From assembly GCA_017556685.1 (NCBI GenBank), contig JAFYMH010000111.1, positions 1-41,867 on the forward strand: a stretch of 41,867 nt of DNA, read 5' to 3'. Positions within the stretch are counted from its first letter, which is position 1; each line of letters opens with the position of its first letter. A model generated the notes under the pieces. The model worked only from the letters and a program-made list of their open reading frames with translations. It was not told the origin of the DNA and did not search any database. Positions 28,642 to 38,044 of the stretch are shown here, in pieces. This DNA is from Clostridia bacterium. GTDB taxonomy: Bacteria; Bacillota; Clostridia; Oscillospirales; CAG-272. Made by a program: the position numbers and the translations under genes.

Positions 28642-29853
28642 TCAGCTACGGTAGTCGCCGTTGATCTTTACGTAATCGTAGGTGAGGTCGCAGCCCCACG
28701 CCGTTGCCTTCCCCTCTCCCGAGCCGAGCGAAACGTTGATCGCGATCTCGCGCTCGAGCAGGATCTTCTTGGCAAGCTCCTCGGAGAAGTCAACCCCTGC
28801 GCCGTTTTTGCAAACGGGGATCTCGCCTTTGGCGCTCGAGAACGAAACGTCAACCTTTGACACGTCAAGCTCGGCGCCGCTGTACCCGATGGCGCAAAGG
28901 ACTCTTCCCCAGTTGGCGTCGGCTCCGAACATTGCCGCCTTAAGAAGCGACGAGCAAACGACAGACTTCGCAACCGTTTTGGCAACCGCGATGCTCTCTG
29001 CACCGACGACGTTGCACTCAAGGAGCTTTGTCGCGCCCTCGCCGTCTGCAACGATCGCACGGCAGAGCGAACGGGTCACGGCGGCAAGCGCCGCGCAGAA
29101 GGCGTCGTACGCCTCGCCCTCCTCGGTGATCTCGGGGGCACCCGACGCGCCGTTGGCAAGCACCGTCACCATGTCGTTTGTCGAGGTGTCGCCGTCGACG
29201 CTGATCATGTTGAAGCTATCCTTAACGTCGTTTGAAAGCGCCTTGCTAAGCAGCTCGGGCGTGATCGCGGCGTCGGTCGTGATGAAAACGAGCATCGTTG
29301 CCATGTTGGGATGGATCATGCCCGATCCCTTGGCGATGCCGCCGATGCGGCACTCCTTGCCGCCAACCGTGAAGGAGAAGGCAAGCTCCTTACGGGCGGT
29401 GTCGGTTGTCATGATGCCCTCTGCCGCGAAATCCGAATGCTTTCCAAGCCCCTTAACCAGGCTTGCCATGCCGTTTTCGATGGGCGTGATATCCAGCGGC
29501 TGACCGATGACGCCGGTCGATGCGACAACGACGTCGGCGGCGGGGATCTGAAGCGCCCCTGCCACAAGCTCGCACATCCGCTCGGCAACCGCCTCGCCGT
29601 TTGCGTTACAGGTGTTTGCGTTTCCGCTGTTACAAACGATGGCACTTGCATATCCGTCGGCAAGATGGCGCTTGGTGACGGCAAGCGGCGCTCCCTTGAC
29701 GAGATTTCTCGTATAGACGGCGGCAGCGGCGGCGCGCGTGTCGCTCACGATCAGCGCGATATCGCGCTTTGAGCGGTTTCGTCTGATCCCACAATGGATC
29801 CCGTTTGCGCGAAAGCCCTTTGCCGCGCAGACTCCTCCTGCGATCTGAATCAT
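28642..29853 (-). CDS. argJ: bifunctional ornithine acetyltransferase / N-acetylglutamate synthase
   Basis: AKGFRANG...GIMTTDT...PNMATMLVFITTDA (autoprocessing Thr)...DYVKINGDYRS C-terminus. Confidence 0.95.
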   Translation of the reverse strand: MIQIAGGVCAAKGFRANGIHCGIRRNRSKRDIALIVSDTRAAAAAVYTRNLVKGAPLAVTKRHLADGYASAIVCNSGNANTCNANGEAVAERMCELVAGALQIPAADVVVASTGVIGQPLDITPIENGMASLVKGLGKHSDFAAEGIMTTDTARKELAFSFTVGGKECRIGGIAKGSGMIHPNMATMLVFITTDAAITPELLSKALSNDVKDSFNMISVDGDTSTNDMVTVLANGASGAPEITEEGEAYDAFCAALAAVTRSLCRAIVADGEGATKLLECNVVGAESIAVAKTVAKSVVCSSLLKAAMFGADANWGRVLCAIGYSGAELDVSKVDVSFSSAKGEIPVCKNGAGVDFSEELAKKILLEREIAINVSLGSGEGKATAWGCDLTYDYVKINGDYRS

Positions 29854-29869
29854 ATCTGTTTTCCTTTCC

Positions 29870-30826
29870 TTACTTCAAAGCGCCCGTCGGAGAGGCGAGC
29901 ACAAGTCCGGTCTTGGCATCAACGCCAAGGAGAATATTAAGACACTCGACGGCGGCGCCCGACGCGCCCTTGCCGAGATTGTCGTATCTTGCGGTGAGCA
30001 GAATGCGCTCGTCGCACCCAAATACCGAGATCTCCATCGAGTCAAGCCCCGACAAGCGCCCGGCAGAGAGGAAGCCCCCCTCGTCGTTTTCCTCGGTATA
30101 GCGCACGATCTCGCCGCTGTAAAGCTCGGCGTACACGCGTCTGACGTCCTCGATCCCGAAGCCTGCATTGAGCTGTGCGCGGTGAAGCGGCACGGTCACC
30201 TCCATGCCCGAATAGAAATCCGAGACGATGGGAGAGAAGAGTGGGAGGGTCGAGAGCCCCGTCAGAGCCTTCATCTCGGGCAGGTGCTTATGCCCCTGCG
30301 AGATGCCGTACTGTCTTGGCGCATCGAGAAGCGGATCGCGCTCGCCGCCCTCATACGCGGCGATCATCTTTTTCCCTCCCCCGCTATAGCCGGTCAGGGA
30401 GTGGCAGGTAAGCAACGCGTCGCTCGGAAGAATCCCTGCGTCGACGAGCGGTCGCACGAGCGCGATAAAGCCGCTTGCGTGACAGCCCGGAACGGCAACG
30501 CGCATAGCCGACGGCAGAGCCGCCCGAAGCTCGGGGGAGAGCTCGGGAAAGCCGTAGGTCCAGCCCTTCGCCGTACGGTGCGCCGTTGAGGCGTCGATGA
30601 TCCGCGTGCTCGGATTTTTGACCATACCGACCGCCTCGATCGCGGCGGCATCGGGGAGGCAGAGGATGGCGACGTCGGCGGCGTTTAGCATCTCGGCGCG
30701 CGCGGCGCTATCCTTGCGAAGCTCCTCGGGCAGGGTCAGAAGGGAAATGTCCGAGCGGCCGGCGAGGCGCTCGGTGATGCGAAGTCCGGTCGTTCCCTCT
30801 CGACCGTCGATAAACAGCTTAAACAT
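29870..30826 (-). CDS. argC: N-acetyl-gamma-glutamyl-phosphate reductase (short, type-2-like form)
   Basis: FIDGREGTTGL...VAVPGCHASGF catalytic Cys region. 318 aa. The ATG overlaps the argH stop by 8 nt. Confidence 0.9.
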   Translation of the reverse strand: MFKLFIDGREGTTGLRITERLAGRSDISLLTLPEELRKDSAARAEMLNAADVAILCLPDAAAIEAVGMVKNPSTRIIDASTAHRTAKGWTYGFPELSPELRAALPSAMRVAVPGCHASGFIALVRPLVDAGILPSDALLTCHSLTGYSGGGKKMIAAYEGGERDPLLDAPRQYGISQGHKHLPEMKALTGLSTLPLFSPIVSDFYSGMEVTVPLHRAQLNAGFGIEDVRRVYAELYSGEIVRYTEENDEGGFLSAGRLSGLDSMEISVFGCDERILLTARYDNLGKGASGAAVECLNILLGVDAKTGLVLASPTGALK

Positions 30827-32198
30827 CCTTCAAAAACTCCCGAACGTAAGCGACCTGAGCGAGCACCGAGTCAGGCGAGGTTCCTCCCTCGCTCGTGCGA
30901 CGGGCAACGCAGGTCTCGAGTCTGATCTCGTCGTAAAGATCGCCCTCAAAGATCTCCGAATACTCGCGGTAGACCGCAAGCGGAAGGCTCTCAAGCTCGC
31001 TTGCGTCTGCAATGCAACGGGCAACGAGCTGCCCCGTGATCTTATAGGCGGTGCGGAAGGGCATTCCCTTTTTCACGAGATAATCGGCAACGTCGGTGGC
31101 ATTGATAAAGCCCTTTGCCGCGGCGTCGCGCATGACCTCGGAGCGCACGCGCATGGTTTTCAGCATCGGCGTCATGATCTCAAGGCAAGCGGCAAGCGTA
31201 TCGACGCTGTCAAAGATCGCCTCCTTGTCCTCCTGCATATCCTTGTTATAGGCAAGCGGAAGCCCCTTCATCAGGGTGAAGAGCGCCGTCATGTTGCCGT
31301 ACACTCGTCCCGTCTTCCCTCGGATCAGCTCCGCCATATCGGGATTCTTCTTCTGGGGCATAATGCTCGAGCCGGTGCTATAGGCATCCGAAAGCTCGAT
31401 GAAGCGGAACTCCCAGGACGACCAGAGGATCAGCTCCTCGGACAGGCGCGAGAGGTGCATCATGCAGATCGAGAAGGCGGATGCAAGCTCAAGACAAAAG
31501 TCGCGGTCGGAAACGGCGTCAAGGCTGTTTTGCACGACCCCGTCAAAGCCGAGCGCCGCCGCAACGTCGCCGCGGTCGGTCGGATAGGTCGTTCCCGCAA
31601 GGGCGCAGGCGCCGAGAGGCGAATAGTTCATGCGCGTTACGGCGTCAATGATCCGCTCGACGTCGCGCATGAGCATCATGGCGTACGCCATCAGGTGATG
31701 CCCGAAGGTGATCGGCTGGGCTCTTTGCAGATGCGTGTATCCCGGCATGATGACCCCTCTGTGCTCCTCGGCAAGATCGGTCAGGGTCAAAAGCAGCTCG
31801 CGAAGCCTTTCGATCATGCTCATCGACTCGTCCCGCAGATAGAGCCGCACGTCAAGGGCAACCTGATCGTTACGGCTTCTCGCCGTATGCAGTCTGCGTC
31901 CGACGTCGCCGATGCGCTCGGTCAGAGCTGCCTCAACGAACATATGCACGTCCTCGCCGCCCGCCTCAAACGTCAGTTTGCCGCTTTTGAGGTCGTCAAG
32001 GATCTCACCGAGGGTCTTTATGATCGTCTCGGAATCCTCTTTTGAGATGATCCCCTTCCGTCCGAGCATCCCGGCGTGCGCGATCGAGCCGCGAATGTCC
32101 TGTGCGTACATCCGCGAGTCGACGCGAAGGGAGGAATTGAAATCGTCCGCGGCCGCATCGGTTACACCCGATGCCCGTCCCGCCCACATTTTACTCAT
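30819..32198 (-). CDS. argH: argininosuccinate lyase
   Basis: Fumarate-lyase signature GSSIMPQKKNPD. MSKMWAGR N-terminus. 459 aa. Confidence 0.96.
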   Translation of the reverse strand: MSKMWAGRASGVTDAAADDFNSSLRVDSRMYAQDIRGSIAHAGMLGRKGIISKEDSETIIKTLGEILDDLKSGKLTFEAGGEDVHMFVEAALTERIGDVGRRLHTARSRNDQVALDVRLYLRDESMSMIERLRELLLTLTDLAEEHRGVIMPGYTHLQRAQPITFGHHLMAYAMMLMRDVERIIDAVTRMNYSPLGACALAGTTYPTDRGDVAAALGFDGVVQNSLDAVSDRDFCLELASAFSICMMHLSRLSEELILWSSWEFRFIELSDAYSTGSSIMPQKKNPDMAELIRGKTGRVYGNMTALFTLMKGLPLAYNKDMQEDKEAIFDSVDTLAACLEIMTPMLKTMRVRSEVMRDAAAKGFINATDVADYLVKKGMPFRTAYKITGQLVARCIADASELESLPLAVYREYSEIFEGDLYDEIRLETCVARRTSEGGTSPDSVLAQVAYVREFLKDV

Positions 32199-32213
32199 GG
32201 TCTATCCTTTCCG

Positions 32214-32260
32214 AAAAAAAGACAGTACGGGGCTGTGCTTTTAGGGCAGCCCCGAATGTC
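32214..32260 (-). terminator. intrinsic terminator-like hairpin between argG and argH
   Basis: Minus strand reads GACA-TT-CGGGGCTG, an 11-nt loop, CAGCCCCG-TAC-TGTC, then TTTTTTT (32220-32214). The argH SD and ATG follow 15 nt later. Confidence 0.6.
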
Positions 32261-32262
32261 GA

Positions 32263-33495
32263 TCATTTGCCGTTCTTTTCCTTCAGCATTGCCTTCACCT
32301 GAATCGGAAGGCCGAAGAGGTTGATGAAGCCCGCGCTATCCTTCTGATCATAGACGTGATCCTCAGCGAAGGTCGCGATGTCCTCGTCGTAGAGCGAGTA
32401 GGGAGAGGTTACGCCGGCGTTGATCATGTTGCCCTTGTAGAGCTTCAGAGTGACGTCACCGGTCACGGTCTCCTGGGTCTTATCGACGAATGCCGAAAGC
32501 GCCTCGCGCAGGGGGGTGAACCACTGACCGAAATAGACGAGCTCTGCAAACTTTGCGGCAACGAGCTCCTTGTAATGCTGGGTATCGCGGTCAAGGCAAA
32601 GCGTCTCAAGCACCTGGTGCGCGCGGTAGAGGATCGATCCGCCGGGCGTCTCGTACACGCCGCGGCTCTTCATGCCGACAAGGCGGTTCTCAACGATGTC
32701 CGAAAGTCCGATGCCGTTGGCACCGCCGATCTCGTTGAGCTTATAGATGAGCGAAACGCCGTCCATCTTCTCGCCGTCAAGCGCAACCGGAATACCCTTC
32801 TCAAAGGAGATCTTGACGTAGGTGGGGGTGTCGGGTGCCTGCTCGGGAGCAACGCCCATCTCAAGGAAGCCGGGCTTTGCATACTCGGGCTCGTTTGCGG
32901 GATCCTCAAGGTCAAGTCCCTCGTGCGAGAGGTGCCAGAGGTTCTTATCCTTCGAATAGTTGGTCTCGCGGTTGATCTTCAGGGGAATATCGTGCGCCTC
33001 GGCGTAATCGATCTCCTCGTCACGCGACTTGATGTCCCACTCTCTCCAGGGAGCGATGATCGCCATGTGGGGAGCAAACGCCTTGATGGTCAGCTCAAAG
33101 CGAACCTGATCGTTGCCCTTACCGGTGCATCCGTGGCAGATGGCGTCGGCGCCCTCTGCAAGCGCGATCTCAACGATTCTCTTCGCGATAACGGGACGGG
33201 CAAAGGAGGTACCGAGCAGATAGTCGCTCTCATACTTTGCTCCCGCCTTCAGGGTCGGGAATACGTAATCCTCAACGAACTCCTTCTTGAGATCCTCAAT
33301 ATAGAGCTTCGAGGCGCCGGTCTTCTTCGCCTTCTCCTCGAGTCCGTCAAGCTCGGTTCCCTGCCCGACGTCGCCCGAAACGGCGATGACCTCACAGTTG
33401 TTGTAGTTCTCCTTCAGCCACGGAATGATGATCGAGGTGTCAAGTCCGCCCGAATAGGCAAGCACAACCTTTTTGATCTTCGATTTATCCAGCAT
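32263..33495 (-). CDS. argG: argininosuccinate synthase
   Basis: [12 protein letters not shown]...[16 protein letters not shown] 33495 has AAGGAG 7 nt upstream. The track start at 33552 is unsupported. Confidence 0.95.
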   Translation of the reverse strand: MLDKSKIKKVVLAYSGGLDTSIIIPWLKENYNNCEVIAVSGDVGQGTELDGLEEKAKKTGASKLYIEDLKKEFVEDYVFPTLKAGAKYESDYLLGTSFARPVIAKRIVEIALAEGADAICHGCTGKGNDQVRFELTIKAFAPHMAIIAPWREWDIKSRDEEIDYAEAHDIPLKINRETNYSKDKNLWHLSHEGLDLEDPANEPEYAKPGFLEMGVAPEQAPDTPTYVKISFEKGIPVALDGEKMDGVSLIYKLNEIGGANGIGLSDIVENRLVGMKSRGVYETPGGSILYRAHQVLETLCLDRDTQHYKELVAAKFAELVYFGQWFTPLREALSAFVDKTQETVTGDVTLKLYKGNMINAGVTSPYSLYDEDIATFAEDHVYDQKDSAGFINLFGLPIQVKAMLKEKNGK

Positions 33496-33543
33496 ATTCA
33501 TTCTCCTTTGCGCTTCTTGGCGCATTTTTATTTTCTGCGTATA

Positions 33544-33572
33544 ATTATGCACGATTTTGCACGATCTGTCAA
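33544..33572 (-). promoter_or_regulatory. putative sigmaA promoter of argG
   Basis: Minus strand reads TTGACA (33572-33567), 17 nt, CATAAT (33549-33544). An ARG-box-like TGCATAATTATACG (33551-33538) overlaps the -10. Confidence 0.55.
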
Positions 33573-33664
33573 GCCCTTTTCGACGCTTTGTGCAAAAATC
33601 GATGAATTGTACATTATTTCATGTATTCCATGAAGCTTCTTTTGGGCAATTTTTACCCCTTGCG

Positions 33665-33678
33665 TGAATATTTATTCA
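33665..33678. promoter_or_regulatory. ARG box-like palindrome (putative ArgR/AhrC operator)
   Basis: TGAATATTTATTCA fits the TGAAT-N4-ATTCA core of the ARG box consensus. It is flanked by two GAATATTC palindromes (33679-33686 and 33697-33704). About 95 nt upstream of the argG -35. Confidence 0.45.
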
Positions 33679-33702
33679 GAATATTCTGCATAAAGCGAAT
33701 AT

Positions 33703-34893
33703 TCAGTCAAGGTCGAGCGGAAGCCCGCCGTTATCGACGGTGGCGCGGGAGAGCAGAAGATCGGTCACGAGCGAGTAGATCGCCGTATCGTAAACGAGAT
33801 CGGCTCCGCCGAAGTCGATCAGCTCCTCTGCCGTTGCGCCGTACTTTGCGATCAGCGAGTCCATCGTTTCGTCAAAGAGCTTTTCGGTGACCGTGATCCC
33901 CTCGTTTGCGGCGATCACGTAGAGCAGCATCGTTCTCTTGACGTTATCCTCGGCAAAGTCGTCGAGTGCCTCGGACCACCCCTCGGACGAATCGAGCCCG
34001 AAATACCAGGCGGCGCAATCGCCGATCGACTCAAAGCACTTGGTTCCGTAGTAGATGCTGTACATGTAATTGTAGTAATCGTAATAGTACTCGATCTCGT
34101 CGAGATAAATTTCCCTCTGGCGGGCGACCTCGGCTGCGGGAAGCTCGGTGACGGTAATGCTCGGCAGAACGAGCTCAATGAGGCGCTCGCAAAGAAGCTC
34201 GCCGTATCCATCGGCAACGTCCTTGCGCAGAACCTTCAGAATATGCGCGCGGAATGCGGCGATAACGTCGCTCTCCTCGGTCTCAAAGCCGAGCACGTCG
34301 GTCACGAACTCCACCGTCAGCTCGGTGCGGTCGTCGTACCCGTCGATGATCGAAACGATCTGCACGCGGAACTGCGCCGCCTTCCCCGCAAGAGAGGTAT
34401 CGCGGTAGTCGCTCGGGAAGGTCACGTCAATGTAGGTATCCGTCGCAAGCGTATCCGCCGGGATCATGCCGATGAGCGCATCCTCAAAGCCGTCGATAAA
34501 GGAATCCGAGCCGATCTCAAGCACGTGGGGCTCCTTGTCCTCCATATTTGAGCCGCCCTTAAAAAGCTCGCCGTCAACGCGTCCCTCGTAATAGAGATAG
34601 ATAACGTCTCCATCCTCAACCGCGCGGTCGGTCACCGTCCGCTCGATCGGATTCTCGTCAAGGAGCCCAAGGATGATCTCCTCGACCTCCTCGGGGGTCA
34701 CGTCCATCGAAAGCGAAAGCGAAAGATAGGCGCTCTCGGGGAGGGTTGCGTACTGCGAAAGATCGGTCGTAAGATACGGGAACCCGACGTAATCGTCGAG
34801 ATATTCGGAATACTTCGGTCCCTTGCCGCCGCAGGAAGCAAGGCAAAGTGAAAGCATCAAAACGAGCACAAGTGCCGAGAGCAGTTTTTTCAT
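33703..34893 (-). CDS. lipoprotein with a trigger-factor-like FKBP PPIase and C-terminal domain
   Basis: Lipobox LCLASC-GG after a signal peptide. FKBP/trigger-factor PPIase pattern GDVIYLYYEGRVDGELFKGGSN...LEIGSDSFIDGFEDALIGM...VTFPSDYRDTSLAGKAAQFRVQI. Confidence 0.8.
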   Translation of the reverse strand: MKKLLSALVLVLMLSLCLASCGGKGPKYSEYLDDYVGFPYLTTDLSQYATLPESAYLSLSLSMDVTPEEVEEIILGLLDENPIERTVTDRAVEDGDVIYLYYEGRVDGELFKGGSNMEDKEPHVLEIGSDSFIDGFEDALIGMIPADTLATDTYIDVTFPSDYRDTSLAGKAAQFRVQIVSIIDGYDDRTELTVEFVTDVLGFETEESDVIAAFRAHILKVLRKDVADGYGELLCERLIELVLPSITVTELPAAEVARQREIYLDEIEYYYDYYNYMYSIYYGTKCFESIGDCAAWYFGLDSSEGWSEALDDFAEDNVKRTMLLYVIAANEGITVTEKLFDETMDSLIAKYGATAEELIDFGGADLVYDTAIYSLVTDLLLSRATVDNGGLPLDLD

Positions 34894-34924
34894 GTGTGAA
34901 AATCCTTTCCAAAAGCTACATCAC

Positions 34925-34953
34925 ATTATATCGCGCGCACGCGAGATTGTCAA
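34925..34953 (-). promoter_or_regulatory. consensus sigmaA promoter of the lipoprotein gene
   Basis: Minus strand reads TTGACA (34953-34948), 17 nt, TATAAT (34930-34925). Confidence 0.65.
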
Positions 34954-35066
34954 GTTTTTGGGAAAAAGTTTGCTTTTCGTTTACAGACTTTTGACAGCTC
35001 CCGACAGAATACGGGGCGCAAAGCAATTTTAAGCTCCCCCCGCCCCCTGCATTTTCCCAAAAGGTC

Positions 35067-35096
35067 TTGCAATTCTTTTCCATACTGTGGTATAAT
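35067..35096 (+). promoter_or_regulatory. putative sigmaA promoter of the yggS-sepF-yggT cluster
   Basis: TTGCAA (35067-35072), 18 nt, TGgTATAAT (TATAAT 35091-35096). Confidence 0.55.
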
Positions 35097-35126
35097 ACCT
35101 TAATAAAACCGATCCGATGAAATAGA

Positions 35127-35855
35127 ATGCGACAGAGGGACAGCGCCTTGAACGACTACGGCTATATCGAAGAAAACCTGCGCTCGGTCAAAGAGCGTCT
35201 TGCCGCCGCCGCGGCACGCGGAGGAAACCCCGTGCCCGAGCTTATCGGCGTTACCAAAAGCGCGGAGCCCGGCGAGGTTCTTGCCCTGGCGCGCCTCGGT
35301 CTTTCCAATATGGCGGAGAACCGCGTGCAGCTTTTGCGCCAGCGGCTTGCGCTCACCTCGGAGCTTGACGCGCCCCCGGTATTCGATCTGATCGGCTCGC
35401 TGCAGAGCAACAAATGCAAGTACGTCGTCGGCGCGGTGCGGCTCGTTCAGTCGCTTGACAGCCTGCGCCTTGCCGCCGAGCTTGACCGAATCAGTCGCGC
35501 CCGCGAAACGAAAACGCGCGTTCTCATCGAGGTCAACTCGGCGCGCGAGGAGGCAAAGGGCGGACTTCTACCCGAAGAGGTGCTCGACTTCTCAGACGAA
35601 ATCCGAGCCTTCCCCGCCCTCTCGGTCGCGGGACTGATGACGATGGGTCCTGCCTCCCGCGAGACGGGGGCGCTGCGCGAATGCTTTTCTGAAACCAAAG
35701 CCCTGTGGCAGAAAATGATCGGCCTCGGGCGCTTTGACAAGGGCTGTGCACCCGTTCTTTCAATGGGCATGAGCGAGAGCTTTGAGCTTGCCGCAGAGCT
35801 CGGCGCAACGACGGTCAGAGTCGGGCGCGCGCTCTTTCGGCGCGAAAACGAATGA
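35127..35855 (+). CDS. yggS: YggS/PLPBP-family pyridoxal-phosphate homeostasis protein
   Basis: LIGVTKSAEP...ENRVQ...HLIGSLQSNK-like (DLIGSLQSNKCKYV)...LSMGMSESFELA...VRVGRALF. ATG 35127 lacks an SD. TTG 35148 has GAGGGA 7 nt upstream and is an alternative start. Confidence 0.88.
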   Translation: MRQRDSALNDYGYIEENLRSVKERLAAAAARGGNPVPELIGVTKSAEPGEVLALARLGLSNMAENRVQLLRQRLALTSELDAPPVFDLIGSLQSNKCKYVVGAVRLVQSLDSLRLAAELDRISRARETKTRVLIEVNSAREEAKGGLLPEEVLDFSDEIRAFPALSVAGLMTMGPASRETGALRECFSETKALWQKMIGLGRFDKGCAPVLSMGMSESFELAAELGATTVRVGRALFRRENE

Positions 35856-35887
35856 TCCAAAATTTCGGAAAAAGGAAGGAAAAACCA

Positions 35888-36304
35888 ATGAGTCTGTTCA
35901 AAAGACCAAGTGTCTCGAGCTTTTCGGCAAACGACTATTACGATGCCGAGCCCCTGCAAACCCCCTCTGCCGTCTCTCTGCCCGAGCAGGCACCCGAGAA
36001 GGAGCCCGGCTCGACCCTGAACCTCGGGGGCGGAAGCATGGAGCTGAAGGTGATCTATCCGAAGTCCTTTTCCGAGGTCGCGCCGATTGCCGACCATCTG
36101 CTTGCGGGTAGGACCGTGTTCCTCAATCTCGAGGCAACTGAGCCTGCCCTGTGCCGCCGTCTGCTTGATTTCGTCAGCGGCGTTGCCTACTGCATCAAGG
36201 GGAACATCAAGCGCGTGTCGGGTACCACCTATATCGTCTCTCCGAGCAGCGTTGACGTCAGCGAGACCCGTCGCGGTGTCGGCGGCGCCGATCCCGAATT
36301 CTGA
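35888..36304 (+). CDS. sepF: cell division protein SepF
   Basis: DUF552 core: KVIYPKSFSEVAPIADHLLAGRTVFLNLE...FVSGVAYCIKGNIKRVSGTTYIVSP. AAGGAAGGA RBS before ATG 35888. Confidence 0.9.
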   Translation: MSLFKRPSVSSFSANDYYDAEPLQTPSAVSLPEQAPEKEPGSTLNLGGGSMELKVIYPKSFSEVAPIADHLLAGRTVFLNLEATEPALCRRLLDFVSGVAYCIKGNIKRVSGTTYIVSPSSVDVSETRRGVGGADPEF

Positions 36305-36322
36305 AAAAGGCGGAGTCTGTCC

Positions 36323-36601
36323 TTGGAAACGATTGCCATCATCCTGTCGAGAACCGTTCTGCTTGCACTCGGAGCGGTTCAGCTCGCCATGCTCCTTCGC
36401 ATGATCCTTTCGCTCATCGGCTTTGACGAGGAGGGGGGACTCGGCGCCTTCCTGCTTCTTCTGACCGAGCCCGTGATCCTGCCGATGCGCATTCTCCTCT
36501 CGCGCTTCCGTGCGCTTGAGGGGCTTCCGATCGACCTGTCGTTCATGGCGACCTATCTTCTGATCTCGTTCCTTTCCTATTCTTTACCAATCATCGGGTG
36601 A
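36323..36601 (+). CDS. yggT: YggT-family membrane protein
   Basis: Two-TM protein of about 90 aa in the conserved position after sepF (LRMILSLI...TEPVILPMR...IDLSFM). TTG start 36323 with GGCGGAG upstream. Confidence 0.8.
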   Translation: METIAIILSRTVLLALGAVQLAMLLRMILSLIGFDEEGGLGAFLLLLTEPVILPMRILLSRFRALEGLPIDLSFMATYLLISFLSYSLPIIG

Positions 36602-36604
36602 TTT

Positions 36605-37102
36605 ATGAAAAAGCAAACGGTCTGCAAGCTTCTTTTCGCGATCCTCCTTGTCGTCGGGATCGCGCTTGATCAGCTGACGAAATTCCTTGCCGCGGAGCAT
36701 CTGAGACCCATTGTCTCGCTCCCGCTCTGGAAGGGAGTCCTGCACCTGACCTACGTTGAGAACCGAGGCGCCGCCTTCGGCATGCTCGCCGATAGCCGCT
36801 GGGTCTTTATGGTAGTCTCAACACTTGCCCTCTCGGCTCTGATCGTCTATTTCTATTTCTTCGTCCGACGCCATACCTATCTTGCAACGGTTGCCCTCGG
36901 CATGATCGGTGCGGGCGGCATCGGGAACATGATCGACCGCATCGCCCTTGGGTACGTCGTTGACTTCATTGACTTCACCCTGATCAACTTCGCCGTATTC
37001 AATCTGGCGGATTCGCTCGTCTGCGTCGGTGCGGGACTGCTCGTCCTTGCGATCCTCGTCGAGCCGAAGAGGAAAGAAGGCAAAGATGATCCTTCTCTGT
37101 GA
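36605..37102 (+). CDS. lspA: lipoprotein signal peptidase II
   Basis: DQLTK...NRGAAFG...GNMIDR...FNLADS motifs. Confidence 0.93.
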   Translation: MKKQTVCKLLFAILLVVGIALDQLTKFLAAEHLRPIVSLPLWKGVLHLTYVENRGAAFGMLADSRWVFMVVSTLALSALIVYFYFFVRRHTYLATVALGMIGAGGIGNMIDRIALGYVVDFIDFTLINFAVFNLADSLVCVGAGLLVLAILVEPKRKEGKDDPSL

Positions 37103-38027
37103 CGCGCGTGCCGTCGGCACGCGCCTTGACAGCTACCTTGCCGAGGCGGCGGGGCTCTCCCGCTCAGCGGCGGCGCGTCTGGTCGAGGAGGGCGCAGTTT
37201 TGCTCAACGGCAAGCCCGCGCAGAAGAAAACCCCCCTCTCCGAGGGCGACGTCATCGACCTCACCCTTCCCGAGCCCGAGGAGATCGACGCGCTTCCCGA
37301 GGATATTCCCCTTGACGTCGTCTACGAGGACGGCGACCTTCTCGTCATCAATAAGCCAAGCGGCATGGTCGTCCACCCCGCCGCAGGCAACCCGAGCGGA
37401 ACCCTCGTCAACGCCCTTCTCCACCATTGCAGGGGCGAGCTCTCGGGCATCGGAGGAAAGCTCCGCCCCGGGATCGTGCACCGCATTGACAAGCTCACAA
37501 GCGGTCTTCTCGTCGTTGCCAAAAACGACGCGGCGCACAGAAGCCTTGCCGCGGCGCTCGAGCGGCACGAGATCGTGCGCGAGTACCACGCGCTTGCCCT
37601 CGGCGGCTTTTCCTGCGACAGCGGAACCGTCGACCTTCCGATCGGGCGCCATCCGAGCGACCGAAAGAAAATGGCGGTCATCCGCGACGGACAGGGCGCG
37701 CGCCGCGCCGTCACGCATTACAGGGTCGCCGAGCGCTTCGGGCAGATCACCTATCTCGTCCTTCGCCTCGAAACGGGGCGCACGCATCAGATCCGCGTGC
37801 ATCTCTCGTCGCTTGGGCATCCCCTCGTCGGAGATACCGTATACGGCGGCGGCTCTACCCCCTTTGAAAAGCGCCACGCGCGCCTACTTGACGGGCAGTG
37901 CCTGCACGCCAAAAGGCTCAGCTTCAGGCATCCGACGACCGGACTTGACATGACCTTCGAGGTGCCGCTTCCGACAGAATTTGAGGAGCTTCTTCGGATT
38001 CTGCGCGAGGCACGCGAGGGATCCTAA
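37086..38027 (+). CDS. rluD: RluA-family 23S rRNA pseudouridine synthase (RluD-like)
   Basis: S4-like N-terminus (RLDSYLA), VINKPSGMVVHP and HRIDKLTSGLLVVAK catalytic-Asp motif. ATG 37086 overlaps the lspA 3' end. Confidence 0.9.
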   Translation: MILLCDARAVGTRLDSYLAEAAGLSRSAAARLVEEGAVLLNGKPAQKKTPLSEGDVIDLTLPEPEEIDALPEDIPLDVVYEDGDLLVINKPSGMVVHPAAGNPSGTLVNALLHHCRGELSGIGGKLRPGIVHRIDKLTSGLLVVAKNDAAHRSLAAALERHEIVREYHALALGGFSCDSGTVDLPIGRHPSDRKKMAVIRDGQGARRAVTHYRVAERFGQITYLVLRLETGRTHQIRVHLSSLGHPLVGDTVYGGGSTPFEKRHARLLDGQCLHAKRLSFRHPTTGLDMTFEVPLPTEFEELLRILREAREGS

Positions 38028-38044
38028 CGAAAAAAGGAAACGGC

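Noticed and set aside
30597-33633. 482-aa and 425-aa plus-strand ORFs over argH and argG
   Set aside because: They are antisense shadows of genes carrying diagnostic signatures ([21 protein letters not shown]). They have no RBS and no recognisable domains.
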